A stretch of DNA of 64,000 bases from an uncultured Candidatus Saccharibacteria bacterium (GCA_964633865.1 CAZWIJ010000003.1:40656-104655); one strand, 5' to 3'. Shown: positions 40,107 to 49,639, counted from the stretch's first letter. Notes: generated by a model not told the origin, from the sequence alone. Made by a program: numbers and translations.

Positions 40107-41981
40107 ATGAAACAATTTAGTAAAAACATATTGTCTGGTGTATTATCCCTATTAGCTATAATAGTAGTATTTAGTTTTATATCATCACAATCAAAACCAA
40201 CAAGTGATACTATATCATTGTCTCAAGTTGTGACAGAAATTCAGAATGATCAAGTAAAAAACATTGTAGTAAAAGATAATCAAGTTAATATTACTCTAAA
40301 AGATGATTCTGTGAAAACAGCTGAGAAAGAACCTTCTGGAACTTTCTTGGAATCATTACAGAATTATGGTGTATCATCAGAAAAAATTCAAGCACTTGAT
40401 ATCAAAGTAACCAATAATGATGGTTCAAAATTAGCTCTCAATATATTTTTGAGTTTATTTGTTCCTATATTATTAATAGGATTACTACTATGGTTCTCTA
40501 TTAGACAAGCTCAAAAAGGAAGTGCTCAAGCTATGAGCTTTGGAAAGTCTATGGCTAGAATGGTATTACCATCTAAAGACAAGAAAAAAAGACTTACTTT
40601 TAAAGATGTTGCTGGGCTAAAAGAAGCAAAAGAAGAATTATATGAAATTGTTGAATTTCTAAAAAATCCTAAAAAATATACTGATATTGGAGCAAAAATT
40701 CCTAAAGGAATATTATTAGTTGGTCCTCCTGGAACAGGTAAAACTCTTCTTGCAAGAGCTGTAGCTAGTGAAGCTGAGGTTCCTTTTTTCTACACATCTG
40801 GATCAGAATTTGTCGAGATGTTTGTTGGAGTTGGAGCAAGTAGAATTAGAGATTTATTCAAAACTGCTGAGAAAAACTCGCCTGCTCTTATTTTTATAGA
40901 TGAATTAGATGCTGTTGGTAGATCTAGAGGTTCTGGAGTTGGTGGAGGTAATGACGAAAGAGAGCAAACCCTTAATCAGATTTTAGTTGAAATGGATGGA
41001 TTTGAACCAAATAAAGGTCTGATTGTACTAGCAGCAACTAATAGACAAGATGTATTAGATCAGGCTTTATTAAGACCTGGTAGATTTGATAGAAAAGTTA
41101 CTCTTGATTTACCAGATATTAGTGAAAGAGAGCAAATATTAGCTGTTCATTCCAAAACTAAACCTCTGAAAAAAGATGTTAGCCTAAGAAAAATCGCTGA
41201 GAGAACTCCTGGATTTTCAGGAGCAGATCTTAATAATCTTCTAAATGAAGCAGCTATATTCTCAGCTAAAAAAGATGAGAAAGATATTTCTGAATTAAAC
41301 ATTTTAGAATCTATTGATAAAGTTCTTATGGGACCAGAAAGAAGAAGTCGTATAATAACTGAAAAAGAGAAGAAGATTGTAGCATATCATGAAGCTGGGC
41401 ATGCTGTTTGTGCTTACTTTATGGAACATTCTGATCCTGTTCAGAAAGTCACCATTATAGCTAGAGGTCAAGCTGGTGGATATACTCTAAAATTACCAAC
41501 TGAAGATAGAAGACTTCACACAAAATCTGAGTTTGAAGCTGATATAGTAGTTGCATTAGGAGGATATGTTGCTGAAGAAATGATTTTTGGAGAAGTAACT
41601 ACTGGGGCTTCTAATGATATCCAAAAATTAACTCAAATTGCTGAGAACTATGTCAGATACTATGGTATGAGTCCATTAGGTCCAATTCACTATGCTGACT
41701 ATCCAAACAATAGAACAGGAGAAATACCAACTTTAAGCCAAAAAACTCTTGAAGAAGTTGACAAAGAAGTAAAAGGATTAATTTCACAAGCTTATACAAC
41801 TTGTAAAGATGTATTAAGTAGACATAGTGAAGAACTAGAAAGATTAGCTCTTGAACTAATAGAGAAAGAGACAATTGAAAGACCTTTATTCGAATCTATT
41901 ATGAAAAATGAAGTTAAACTTTCAGAAAAAGAAGATGATCTCAACACTAAAAAAACTAAGTCTACTATCAAAAAAGATTAA
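40107..41981 (+). CDS. ftsH: ATP-dependent zinc metalloprotease FtsH
   Basis: Two TM segments, GPPGTGKT, RPGRFDR, HEAGH. Confidence 0.97.
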   Translation: MKQFSKNILSGVLSLLAIIVVFSFISSQSKPTSDTISLSQVVTEIQNDQVKNIVVKDNQVNITLKDDSVKTAEKEPSGTFLESLQNYGVSSEKIQALDIKVTNNDGSKLALNIFLSLFVPILLIGLLLWFSIRQAQKGSAQAMSFGKSMARMVLPSKDKKKRLTFKDVAGLKEAKEELYEIVEFLKNPKKYTDIGAKIPKGILLVGPPGTGKTLLARAVASEAEVPFFYTSGSEFVEMFVGVGASRIRDLFKTAEKNSPALIFIDELDAVGRSRGSGVGGGNDEREQTLNQILVEMDGFEPNKGLIVLAATNRQDVLDQALLRPGRFDRKVTLDLPDISEREQILAVHSKTKPLKKDVSLRKIAERTPGFSGADLNNLLNEAAIFSAKKDEKDISELNILESIDKVLMGPERRSRIITEKEKKIVAYHEAGHAVCAYFMEHSDPVQKVTIIARGQAGGYTLKLPTEDRRLHTKSEFEADIVVALGGYVAEEMIFGEVTTGASNDIQKLTQIAENYVRYYGMSPLGPIHYADYPNNRTGEIPTLSQKTLEEVDKEVKGLISQAYTTCKDVLSRHSEELERLALELIEKETIERPLFESIMKNEVKLSEKEDDLNTKKTKSTIKKD

Positions 41982-41990
41982 AATTTGATA

Positions 41991-42029
41991 TGGACTAAAC
42001 GAACACTTAATGGTATAATATTAAGTGTT
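41991..42029 (+). promoter_or_regulatory. tRNA promoter with inverted repeat around -10
   Basis: TGGACT-17-TATAAT; AACACTTAA/TTAAGTGTT flank the -10. Confidence 0.55.
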
Positions 42030-42031
42030 AA

Positions 42032-42105
42032 GGATGTGTAGCTCAGCTGGTTAGAGCGGGCGTCTTATAAGCGCCAGGTCGGTGGTTCAAGTCCACCCAT
42101 ATCCA
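42032..42105 (+). tRNA. tRNA-Ile(TAT)
   Basis: GGATGTG/CATATCC-A acceptor; GGCGT-CTTATAA-GCGCC; discriminator A. Confidence 0.92.
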
Positions 42106-42209
42106 CATTTAATTTTAAATAAAGCAAATCATATATTGAACATGTAACAGGTTATTGATGATATAGAATAAAAACAAATAAAACAATATAAAAAGCCATT
42201 TTAAATTTA

Positions 42210-42246
42210 AAAAAGCAGTATTTATTAATTTACTTACTGCTTTTTT
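42210..42246. terminator. bidirectional terminator
   Basis: AAAAAAGCAGTA...TACTGCTTTTTT. Confidence 0.75.
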
Positions 42247-42289
42247 ATGTTTTTTCAGGTTTAAATAGAATTTTTTAAAAAAATTCTAT

Positions 42290-44539
42290 TTAACTTCTAA
42301 TTTCATCTGAAAGATTTAAATTATTTACTTCTTCTTCAATGTTTTTATTAAGATCAATATAAACACCTATTAAGCAATTTTCTAACAACTTATCTAAATT
42401 TTTTGCTATTTTGAGTCCCCTTAACTTTAAATGTCTTCCTATTTCTTTTGGTAATTTTAGATTCTCTATTGTCTCTAATTTATTTAAATTAAGACTTCCT
42501 CCTATCTTCTCTGGTAATTTGAGATTATCGGCTGTCTTTAATGCATTCAAACCAAGACTTCCTCCTATCTTCTCTGGCAATTTGAGATTATCGGCTGTCT
42601 TTAGTACATTCAAACCAAGGTTTCCTACTATTTCCTTTGGTAATTCTAAATTATCAGCTGTCTTTAATCCATTTAAATTAAGATTTCCTATTATCTTCTC
42701 TGGTAATTTGAGATTATCGGTTGTCTTTAACCTATCTAAATTAAGATTTCCTACTATTTCCTTTGGTAATTCTAAATTCTCGACTGTTTCTAATCTATCT
42801 AAATAAAGATATCCTCCTATTTCCTTTGGTAATTCTAAATTATTGATTCTTTCTAATCCACTCAAATCAAGATATCCTCCTATTTTCTCTGGTAATTTTA
42901 AATCATCAGCTTTTTCTAATCCACTTAAATTAAGATGTCCTCCTATTTTCTCTGGTAATTCTAAATAATAGGCTTCATATAATCCACTTAAATCAAGACC
43001 TCCTCCTATTTTCTCTGGTAATTCTAAATAATAGGCTTCATATAATCCACTTAAATTAAGATTTCCTACTATTTCCTTTGGTAATTCTAAATTATCGGCT
43101 GTCTTTAATCCATCTAAATTAAGATTTCCTCTTATTATATCTGGTAGTTTTAAATTTTCTGCTGTTTTTAGATAACCTAAATCAATATCTCCGTAATGAT
43201 AACCTATATCTCCAGATAAAGCTTCTTCTTGTGTTAAACTTATTTTATCTGCTGTTGTATCTAATATAAATGCTAAATCTTCTTTTACATCTCTTCCTCT
43301 CTTTACCTTTTCTAATCTTGGATCTTGATTATATCCAAAACTTATAAATTCCTCTTCTAATTCCCAACTCAATATTAAATCTTCTTTATTTAGTTCTTCT
43401 TTATTCTCTATTTTATCTAATATTTCTGTTAATCTCTTTGCATTCTCATCTTTCTTTTTGTATTCTTCTGCTTTATCTCCAAATTCTTCTAGCTTTTCAC
43501 TCAATATATTTGTTCCTGCTATATATTCATCCATATTTTGTTCTTCTGCTATTCCTCTTATCTCTACTATTTCTTCTCCTTCCATCCTGATTGTGATTCT
43601 TGGATTTTCTATTTGTCCATTCTTGTTTTTGCTATAATATATATAAAAGTCTCCCATTTCTAAATAGCTTTCTGCTGTTGATTCACTTGCTATACACCAT
43701 CCTGTATTTCTTCCTTCTAATGTCTTTGTTACTTCTTTTGGTTCACTTCCTTTCTCATATCTTATCCATTCTCCTTCTGTTATTGATAATTCTGTATTGC
43801 CTTCTACTTCTGCATTTTTTAAGGCTTTTGCATATAATTCTCCAAAGTCTGCTTTCTTGATTAATTTTTCCAATTCTTCATCTTCTCCTACTTCTATCTT
43901 ATTTTCTTCTACATATTTTATTATTCCATCTACTGCATAGGCTAATGCTTCTCTATTTAATTCTGGGTATGGGGCTACTGTTCCTTTACTTCTTTTTCCA
44001 AATTTAAATGTTTCTTTATCATATTTAGATAATTTTAACATTCCTTGGAACATCCAATACTTTGCCCACATTGGATAATGGCTTGTATCACTGCTTATTA
44101 GATAATCTGCCCATTTACCTAAACTTTTTTCTTGATCTTTGGCTATAGTTCCTATTGATCCTTCTTTCATTCCTGACCTTTCTATATCTTTTTCTGTATA
44201 TTCTCTCTCAAAAAACTCTCCTAGCTCTCCTCCTTGTCCTCTCTCTATTGCTTGTTTTCTTTGCACATTAAAGTAACTTAATGGTATTTCTTCTGCTTCC
44301 ATTACATGATCTTTGTATAGATATCTTCTCTTTACTCTTTCTTTTAACTCTTCATTCTCTTCCATTCTAGCATTATCTCTTTCTAATTTCCTTAGCCAAT
44401 TTCCTAGCTTTTCTACTGGTTTTTGACTTACTTTCTCTCCTCTTTCTTTTGTTCTCTTAGTTTCTGCTTCTACTTCTTCACTTATATGTAAGTTTCCGAA
44501 TTTTTTCTTTATAAATTCTGCTCCTTTCTTCTCTTCCAT
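42290..44539 (-). CDS. large acidic protein with central GWC-motif domain and C-terminal 21-aa leucine-rich repeats
   Basis: NTGWCIA...YLEMGDFYIY...EIRG; about 13 GxLxLxxLxxxxxLxLPxxIx repeats; in-frame upstream extension to 44746 broken by TAA. Confidence 0.8.
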   Translation of the reverse strand: MEEKKGAEFIKKKFGNLHISEEVEAETKRTKERGEKVSQKPVEKLGNWLRKLERDNARMEENEELKERVKRRYLYKDHVMEAEEIPLSYFNVQRKQAIERGQGGELGEFFEREYTEKDIERSGMKEGSIGTIAKDQEKSLGKWADYLISSDTSHYPMWAKYWMFQGMLKLSKYDKETFKFGKRSKGTVAPYPELNREALAYAVDGIIKYVEENKIEVGEDEELEKLIKKADFGELYAKALKNAEVEGNTELSITEGEWIRYEKGSEPKEVTKTLEGRNTGWCIASESTAESYLEMGDFYIYYSKNKNGQIENPRITIRMEGEEIVEIRGIAEEQNMDEYIAGTNILSEKLEEFGDKAEEYKKKDENAKRLTEILDKIENKEELNKEDLILSWELEEEFISFGYNQDPRLEKVKRGRDVKEDLAFILDTTADKISLTQEEALSGDIGYHYGDIDLGYLKTAENLKLPDIIRGNLNLDGLKTADNLELPKEIVGNLNLSGLYEAYYLELPEKIGGGLDLSGLYEAYYLELPEKIGGHLNLSGLEKADDLKLPEKIGGYLDLSGLERINNLELPKEIGGYLYLDRLETVENLELPKEIVGNLNLDRLKTTDNLKLPEKIIGNLNLNGLKTADNLELPKEIVGNLGLNVLKTADNLKLPEKIGGSLGLNALKTADNLKLPEKIGGSLNLNKLETIENLKLPKEIGRHLKLRGLKIAKNLDKLLENCLIGVYIDLNKNIEEEVNNLNLSDEIRS
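42385..43192 (-). repeat. intragenic tandem repeat, 63-bp unit x ~13
   Basis: Unit e.g. GGA AAT CTT AAT TTA GAT GGA TTA AAG ACA GCC GAT AAT TTA GAA TTA CCA AAG GAA ATA GTA. Confidence 0.92.
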
Positions 44540-44856
44540 ACTTAATCCTAATTCTTTTCTTACTTCTTCTAATTTTATTTCTTGTTCTGATCTTTTCTCT
44601 TCTAGTACTTTTTCTAATTCTTCTTTCTCTTCTATATTTTCTTCTATTATCTTAGCTTCTAGTTCTTCTATATTGACTATTTCTTATTCTCTATTTTCTT
44701 GTTCTTCTTCTATTATCTCTTTATTATTTGTCATTTTCTCTTCCATATTTTTTTACTTAATTTTATTGTTTCTTCTTGTTCAACTCACTCTTTTATTTTA
44801 CTATCTTTTTACTTTTAACTCAAGGTTGGTTTATATATTTTGTATAAAAATACTAA

Positions 44857-46683
44857 TTACTGCCTCTTTAGTACATCCAGATAAACCTGTTTTGGTATAT
44901 GAATCTTAGCTTTATCAGCTAATCTTTTTTTACCAGCCTTCTGTTTTTTCAATAATTTATCTTTTCTAGTTCTATCTCCTCCATACAACTTAGCTGTAAC
45001 ATCTTTCCTAAAAGCAGATAAGGTCTCTCTAGCTATAATATTACCTCCTATGCTTGCTTGAATTGGAATTGAATATTGTTCTCTTGATAAGCTATTTTTA
45101 AGCTTATGAACTATTCTTTTACCTTCTTCGGCTGATTCATCTTTATACACAATCTGAGACAAAGCCTCTACTTCTTCACCTGCAACCAAAATATTCATTT
45201 TCACTACCTCTGCATCTCTATATTCTATAGGCTCATAGTTAACAGAAGCATATCCTGAAGTTGAGCTTTTTAAGGCATCATAAAAATCAACAATTATTTT
45301 AGATAAAGGAACATTATACTCAATCACAGCTCTTTCTTCTGTAATATATTTTGTATTTATAAATTCACCTCTTCTTTTCTGAATAATATCCATAACTCCT
45401 CCGATATATTCAGTTGGTGTCATAATTTCTAATTTTACCCACGGTTCCATTACTTTTTCTATTTTAGTTTGTTCAGGAAAATCTGTTGCTGAATAAATTA
45501 TTTCTTTTTCTCCATTTGTTTTGAAAATTGTATATGATACTGAAGGAGTACTTATAACTAAATCTAATTCATATTCTCTTTTTAATCTTTCTGTAATAAT
45601 TTCTAAATGCAACATACCCAAAAAACCACATCTAAATCCTTTTCCCAAAACTTCTTTTGACTCTGGTTCAAAAAATAATGATGAATCTGATAATTTCATT
45701 TTATTTAAACCATCTCTTAAGGTAGGATAATCTTCTGCTGTTTCTACAAAAATAGAAGCATATACAACCGGAGTAGGCTCTATATACTCAGCTAAAGGTT
45801 CTACTACAATATCATCTTTCCTAATAGCAATAGTATCCCCTACTCTTACATTTTCAACTTCTTTCAAGCCAGTCGCTATATAACCAATCATCCCAGCTTC
45901 TAATCTATCTGTTCTAAATTGGTTTGGATTAAATATTCCAACTTCCAAAGCTTCAGTTTCTTGCTTTTTTGCTAAAAATTTAATTGGATCAGCTCTATTA
46001 ATAACTCCATCGAATATTCTAACACTAGCTATAACTCCTTTATAAGAATCAAAGGTTGAATCAAAAATTAAGGCTCTAAAAGGTTTATCTAGAGAATTTA
46101 AATTAGAATGATTAGGTTCTGGAATAATCTCTATGATTTTTTGTAAGAGATTATCTACTCCAAAACCAGTTTTCCCAGAAACTTCTAGGATTTCACTCTT
46201 ATCAACTCCTAATAATTCACAGATTTCTGCTTTAACTTCATCTACTCTAGCATTAGGTAAATCTACTTTATTTACAACTGGAATGATTTCTAAATTTTGA
46301 TCCATTGCCAAATATACATTAGCTATAGTTTGAGCCTGAATTCCTTGTGTTGCATCCACTAATAAAATTGCTCCTTCTACAGCTGCTAAGGATCTTGATA
46401 CTTCATAAGTAAAGTCAACATGCCCTGGTGTATCTATTAAATTTAAATAATATTCTTTGTACTCAAAATTATTTTTTTTATCATCAGGAATAATATATTT
46501 TACCCTTACAGGTTGCATCTTAATAGTTATTCCTCTTTCTCTTTCTAATTCCATTGAATCCAAAACTTGTGCTTGCATTTTTCTAGATTCAATTGTGTTT
46601 GTTAATTCCAAAATTCGATCAGATAATGTCGATTTACCGTGATCTATATGTGCAATTATACTAAAATTCCTGATATTTTTCAT
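44857..46683 (-). CDS. lepA: elongation factor 4
   Basis: IRNFSIIAHIDHGKSTL, DTPGHVDF, RKDVTAKLYGGD. Confidence 0.97.
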   Translation of the reverse strand: MKNIRNFSIIAHIDHGKSTLSDRILELTNTIESRKMQAQVLDSMELERERGITIKMQPVRVKYIIPDDKKNNFEYKEYYLNLIDTPGHVDFTYEVSRSLAAVEGAILLVDATQGIQAQTIANVYLAMDQNLEIIPVVNKVDLPNARVDEVKAEICELLGVDKSEILEVSGKTGFGVDNLLQKIIEIIPEPNHSNLNSLDKPFRALIFDSTFDSYKGVIASVRIFDGVINRADPIKFLAKKQETEALEVGIFNPNQFRTDRLEAGMIGYIATGLKEVENVRVGDTIAIRKDDIVVEPLAEYIEPTPVVYASIFVETAEDYPTLRDGLNKMKLSDSSLFFEPESKEVLGKGFRCGFLGMLHLEIITERLKREYELDLVISTPSVSYTIFKTNGEKEIIYSATDFPEQTKIEKVMEPWVKLEIMTPTEYIGGVMDIIQKRRGEFINTKYITEERAVIEYNVPLSKIIVDFYDALKSSTSGYASVNYEPIEYRDAEVVKMNILVAGEEVEALSQIVYKDESAEEGKRIVHKLKNSLSREQYSIPIQASIGGNIIARETLSAFRKDVTAKLYGGDRTRKDKLLKKQKAGKKRLADKAKIHIPKQVYLDVLKRQ

Positions 46684-46753
46684 AATACCTACATTATACC
46701 GTAAAATCTATTTTTTAGCAAATATAAGGGATATAATAGATAATAATTTACAA

Positions 46754-47800
46754 TTAATCCTTCATTAATTCTTTAAATTCTTCAACCATATCTACTGGAG
46801 TAGGATCTATTCCATATTCTAAAGCCAAATAATATGCTGTCCAGTCTCCTATTAAGATCATTGAGACAAGATTAGCAAGGTGATTACCATAGTCCTTAAC
46901 AACAAGATTTTTAACATCTAAACCTCTACCTTCAAATAGATTTTGTAATACTTTCATTCTTTTTACACATCTATCCTTAGCCTCTGATTCATTGTTTAAT
47001 AATACAAATTGAAATTTAGCTTGAGGATTAGTAAATCCTACCATCTCATTATGATTTAATTCTGGGAAATAATTCCAAAAACAAGGAGTTTTTGCATTTT
47101 CATTGATTTTAATTTTCCATAATAAAGCAGCTGTTTTAAATTCATTACTTGTATAAATAACTGGTGTTTTTCCTTTAATCAAAGTTGCCATTTCTTTTCC
47201 TTTTTCTTCAAAATTAGAAGGCTTTACATTAACTAATGCTTTTACTAATCTTTCTGATACTCCAGCATCAATTACTTTATATTCTACTAAAACTGTTAGC
47301 ATTGCTTTTAATATATATAATGTTGCATATCTTGGTTGAAACATTATATCAGGTTGTGGAAGTACAATAAAAGGTTTTTTTAATTCTCGTGCTTTTTCTA
47401 TCAATTTACCACCTGCTGCCATTGCAACTACAAATTCTGATTCCTCAAGAGCCGTCTCATAAGCTGATAAAGTCTCTTCTGTATTACCTGAATAAGAAAC
47501 AACCATTACAAGTGAATTTTTTCTAATTCTTCTTGAAGCTCCATAACTTCTATGAATAAAAACGGGTGGTAAAGTTTTATTGTCAGATAATTGAAAATAT
47601 GCTGATAATAAAAGTTCTGAAGGTAAAGCTGAGCCTCCCATTCCACTAACAATAATTTCATCAAATGATTGTGTATATTGCTGAGTGAATTTATTTATAA
47701 TATCTTTTGGAAAATTTTCTATTTCAAATTCTTGATGAATCTGTTCAACCGACTCTAAAATAACTTTTCTTAAATTAGATTTATCTAAGTTTTCGTTCAT
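46754..47800 (-). CDS. bifunctional phosphoglucose/phosphomannose isomerase
   Basis: GMGGSA, SYSGNTEET, QPR, NENAK, PELNHNE. Confidence 0.92.
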   Translation of the reverse strand: MNENLDKSNLRKVILESVEQIHQEFEIENFPKDIINKFTQQYTQSFDEIIVSGMGGSALPSELLLSAYFQLSDNKTLPPVFIHRSYGASRRIRKNSLVMVVSYSGNTEETLSAYETALEESEFVVAMAAGGKLIEKARELKKPFIVLPQPDIMFQPRYATLYILKAMLTVLVEYKVIDAGVSERLVKALVNVKPSNFEEKGKEMATLIKGKTPVIYTSNEFKTAALLWKIKINENAKTPCFWNYFPELNHNEMVGFTNPQAKFQFVLLNNESEAKDRCVKRMKVLQNLFEGRGLDVKNLVVKDYGNHLANLVSMILIGDWTAYYLALEYGIDPTPVDMVEEFKELMKD

Positions 47801-47881
47801 ATATTTACATTTATTACTATAATTTATATTATTTATAATACTTATTTATTTTATCATCCAAAATCTAATATATCAATATAT

Positions 47882-49492
47882 TTAAATTATTTCTTGTATT
47901 TTATCCAAAATATTATCTTCTTTGTAATCTAACTCTACTTTAGACAAAGCACTATCTTTTATAATATACGTTGTATTAATACCTAATTTTGATAAGAAAT
48001 CTATATCATGGGAAATAATTATAACACTTCCAGGAAAGTTAACCAATGAATTTAAAATAGAATTTTTCGCATTTATATCAAGATTATTAGTCGGTTCATC
48101 TAATAGTATCGCTTCAACTGAATTCAAAGTTATCATCGCAAAGGCAAGTCTCGCTGTTTCTCCTCCTGACAATTCTTTACTATATTTATTCACTTGCTCT
48201 TCTTCAAAGAATAAGAAATCTCTCAATCTATTTCTAATTGAATTTAGACTAGCTTTTGGATTGTATCTTTTCATATTTTCAATCAGAGTTTGATTTGGAT
48301 CTACAAGATCATAGTTTTGGCTAATATACTCAATTCTAGCATTGATAGATTTACTTATATCACCTGTCAAATATTCTTTGTTGTTATCTTGCATAGATTT
48401 TAATAAAGTTGTCTTACCAACCCCATTTTTCCCTAAAATTACTATCCTTTCTCCGTATTCAATATCTAAATTTAAATTGCTGATAAGACTATTCTCATTA
48501 ATAGATATATATCCTTTTCTAATTTCCACAATATGTTTTCCCGAGAAATCTTTATTGGAAATCATATCATATTTGATATAAGGATTTATATCTGGCTTAT
48601 ACATATCGAGATTCTCTTGATTTTGCTCTACTCTTTTTTGGAACATGATTTGCTTTTGTCCTGCTCTTACTTGTGATTTACTTTTGAAATAACCCTTATC
48701 CATACGAGATATTCCTCTATCTCTATCTTGTTTTAGTTTTTTTGCAAAGGCTTTATTCCTCTCAAATCTTGTATTTTCTATTGTAATAGATCTATTTAAT
48801 TTAGATTTTCTTTTAAGGGCTAACTCAAATTTTCTTAATTTAGCTTGTTCTTCTAAATTCTTTTGTTCTTGATAAAAATCATAGTTTCCTCCAAACTCTC
48901 TGATAAGACATTTATCTAATTCCCATATTCTATTAACAACTTGATTTAAAAAATAAACATTATGAGAAGCAACTATAACACTTTTCTCATATGCCTTAAT
49001 AAAATTTTGGAAAATTATTTGGGAATCTATATCCAAATGATTATTTGGTTCATCCATTAATAAAACATCTGGATTAATAGCCTCTGCCATAGATATATGA
49101 ATTTTAACTAATTCACCACCACTAAACTGATTTAAATTCTTTGTAGTGTCTACTATTAATCTATACTTTTTTTCCAGAATTTCAATTACCCCCCACCATT
49201 CATCCAATGCTTTTGATAAATATTCTGATAAGTTTTGTTTAGATTGAAATAATTCTAAGTTAAGTTGCGGTAGATACCAAATTGTACCATATGATTCCAA
49301 TTTCCCTTCTGATATAGATTGTGTCTGGTTAATAATTTTTAATAAAGTAGTTTTTCCTGATCCATTATTGCCTATCAAACCTATTTTTTGGCCTTGATGT
49401 ACTGATATATTTATTTCTTCTAGGATTAATTTGAATGGGGTTTTGACTTTTATATTATGTAAACTAACATAATGAGCGTGCAGATTTTTCAT
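47882..49492 (-). CDS. ABC-F ATPase with long linker (ribosomal-protection-like)
   Basis: Two ABC domains (GNNGSGKT, GKNGVGKT), no TM, extended basic linker. Confidence 0.85.
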   Translation of the reverse strand: MKNLHAHYVSLHNIKVKTPFKLILEEINISVHQGQKIGLIGNNGSGKTTLLKIINQTQSISEGKLESYGTIWYLPQLNLELFQSKQNLSEYLSKALDEWWGVIEILEKKYRLIVDTTKNLNQFSGGELVKIHISMAEAINPDVLLMDEPNNHLDIDSQIIFQNFIKAYEKSVIVASHNVYFLNQVVNRIWELDKCLIREFGGNYDFYQEQKNLEEQAKLRKFELALKRKSKLNRSITIENTRFERNKAFAKKLKQDRDRGISRMDKGYFKSKSQVRAGQKQIMFQKRVEQNQENLDMYKPDINPYIKYDMISNKDFSGKHIVEIRKGYISINENSLISNLNLDIEYGERIVILGKNGVGKTTLLKSMQDNNKEYLTGDISKSINARIEYISQNYDLVDPNQTLIENMKRYNPKASLNSIRNRLRDFLFFEEEQVNKYSKELSGGETARLAFAMITLNSVEAILLDEPTNNLDINAKNSILNSLVNFPGSVIIISHDIDFLSKLGINTTYIIKDSALSKVELDYKEDNILDKIQEII

Positions 49493-49592
49493 AAAATTAT
49501 TAAAAATTGGGTATTATCTAGTATTATAGTACAGAATTTGATTAAAAACAAGGTAATCATCATAAAAATTATAAAAAATATGTAATTTTATA

Positions 49593-49639
49593 TTGACATA
49601 TCTACATTAATCATATATAATGTCATAGCACATTAACAA
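49593..49639 (+). promoter_or_regulatory. consensus sigma70 promoter plus boxA-like GCACATTAACAA
   Basis: TTGACA(49593)-17-TATAAT(49616); motif at 49628, 6 nt after -10. Confidence 0.7.

Noticed and set aside
42123-42191. Fragment SKSYIEHVTGY**YRIK resembling a winged-helix C-terminus if TGA were Gly
   Set aside because: It is only about 20 codons, bounded by stops; the similarity is too weak to support.
42275-42292. Read-through of LRR gene stop (EIRS*IEFF*) as a third TAA interruption
   Set aside because: Only four codons, part of a palindrome, and no conserved motif to anchor the claim.
15720-43192. The 204-bp and 63-bp tandem arrays as CRISPR
   Set aside because: Unit lengths are multiples of 3, lie in coding frame, have no unique spacers, and no cas genes are present.
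36752-44800. Prophage or integrative element at tRNA-Ser or tRNA-Ile
   Set aside because: I found no integrase, phage genes or duplicated tRNA 3' end, and core genes rpsA and ftsH lie in between.
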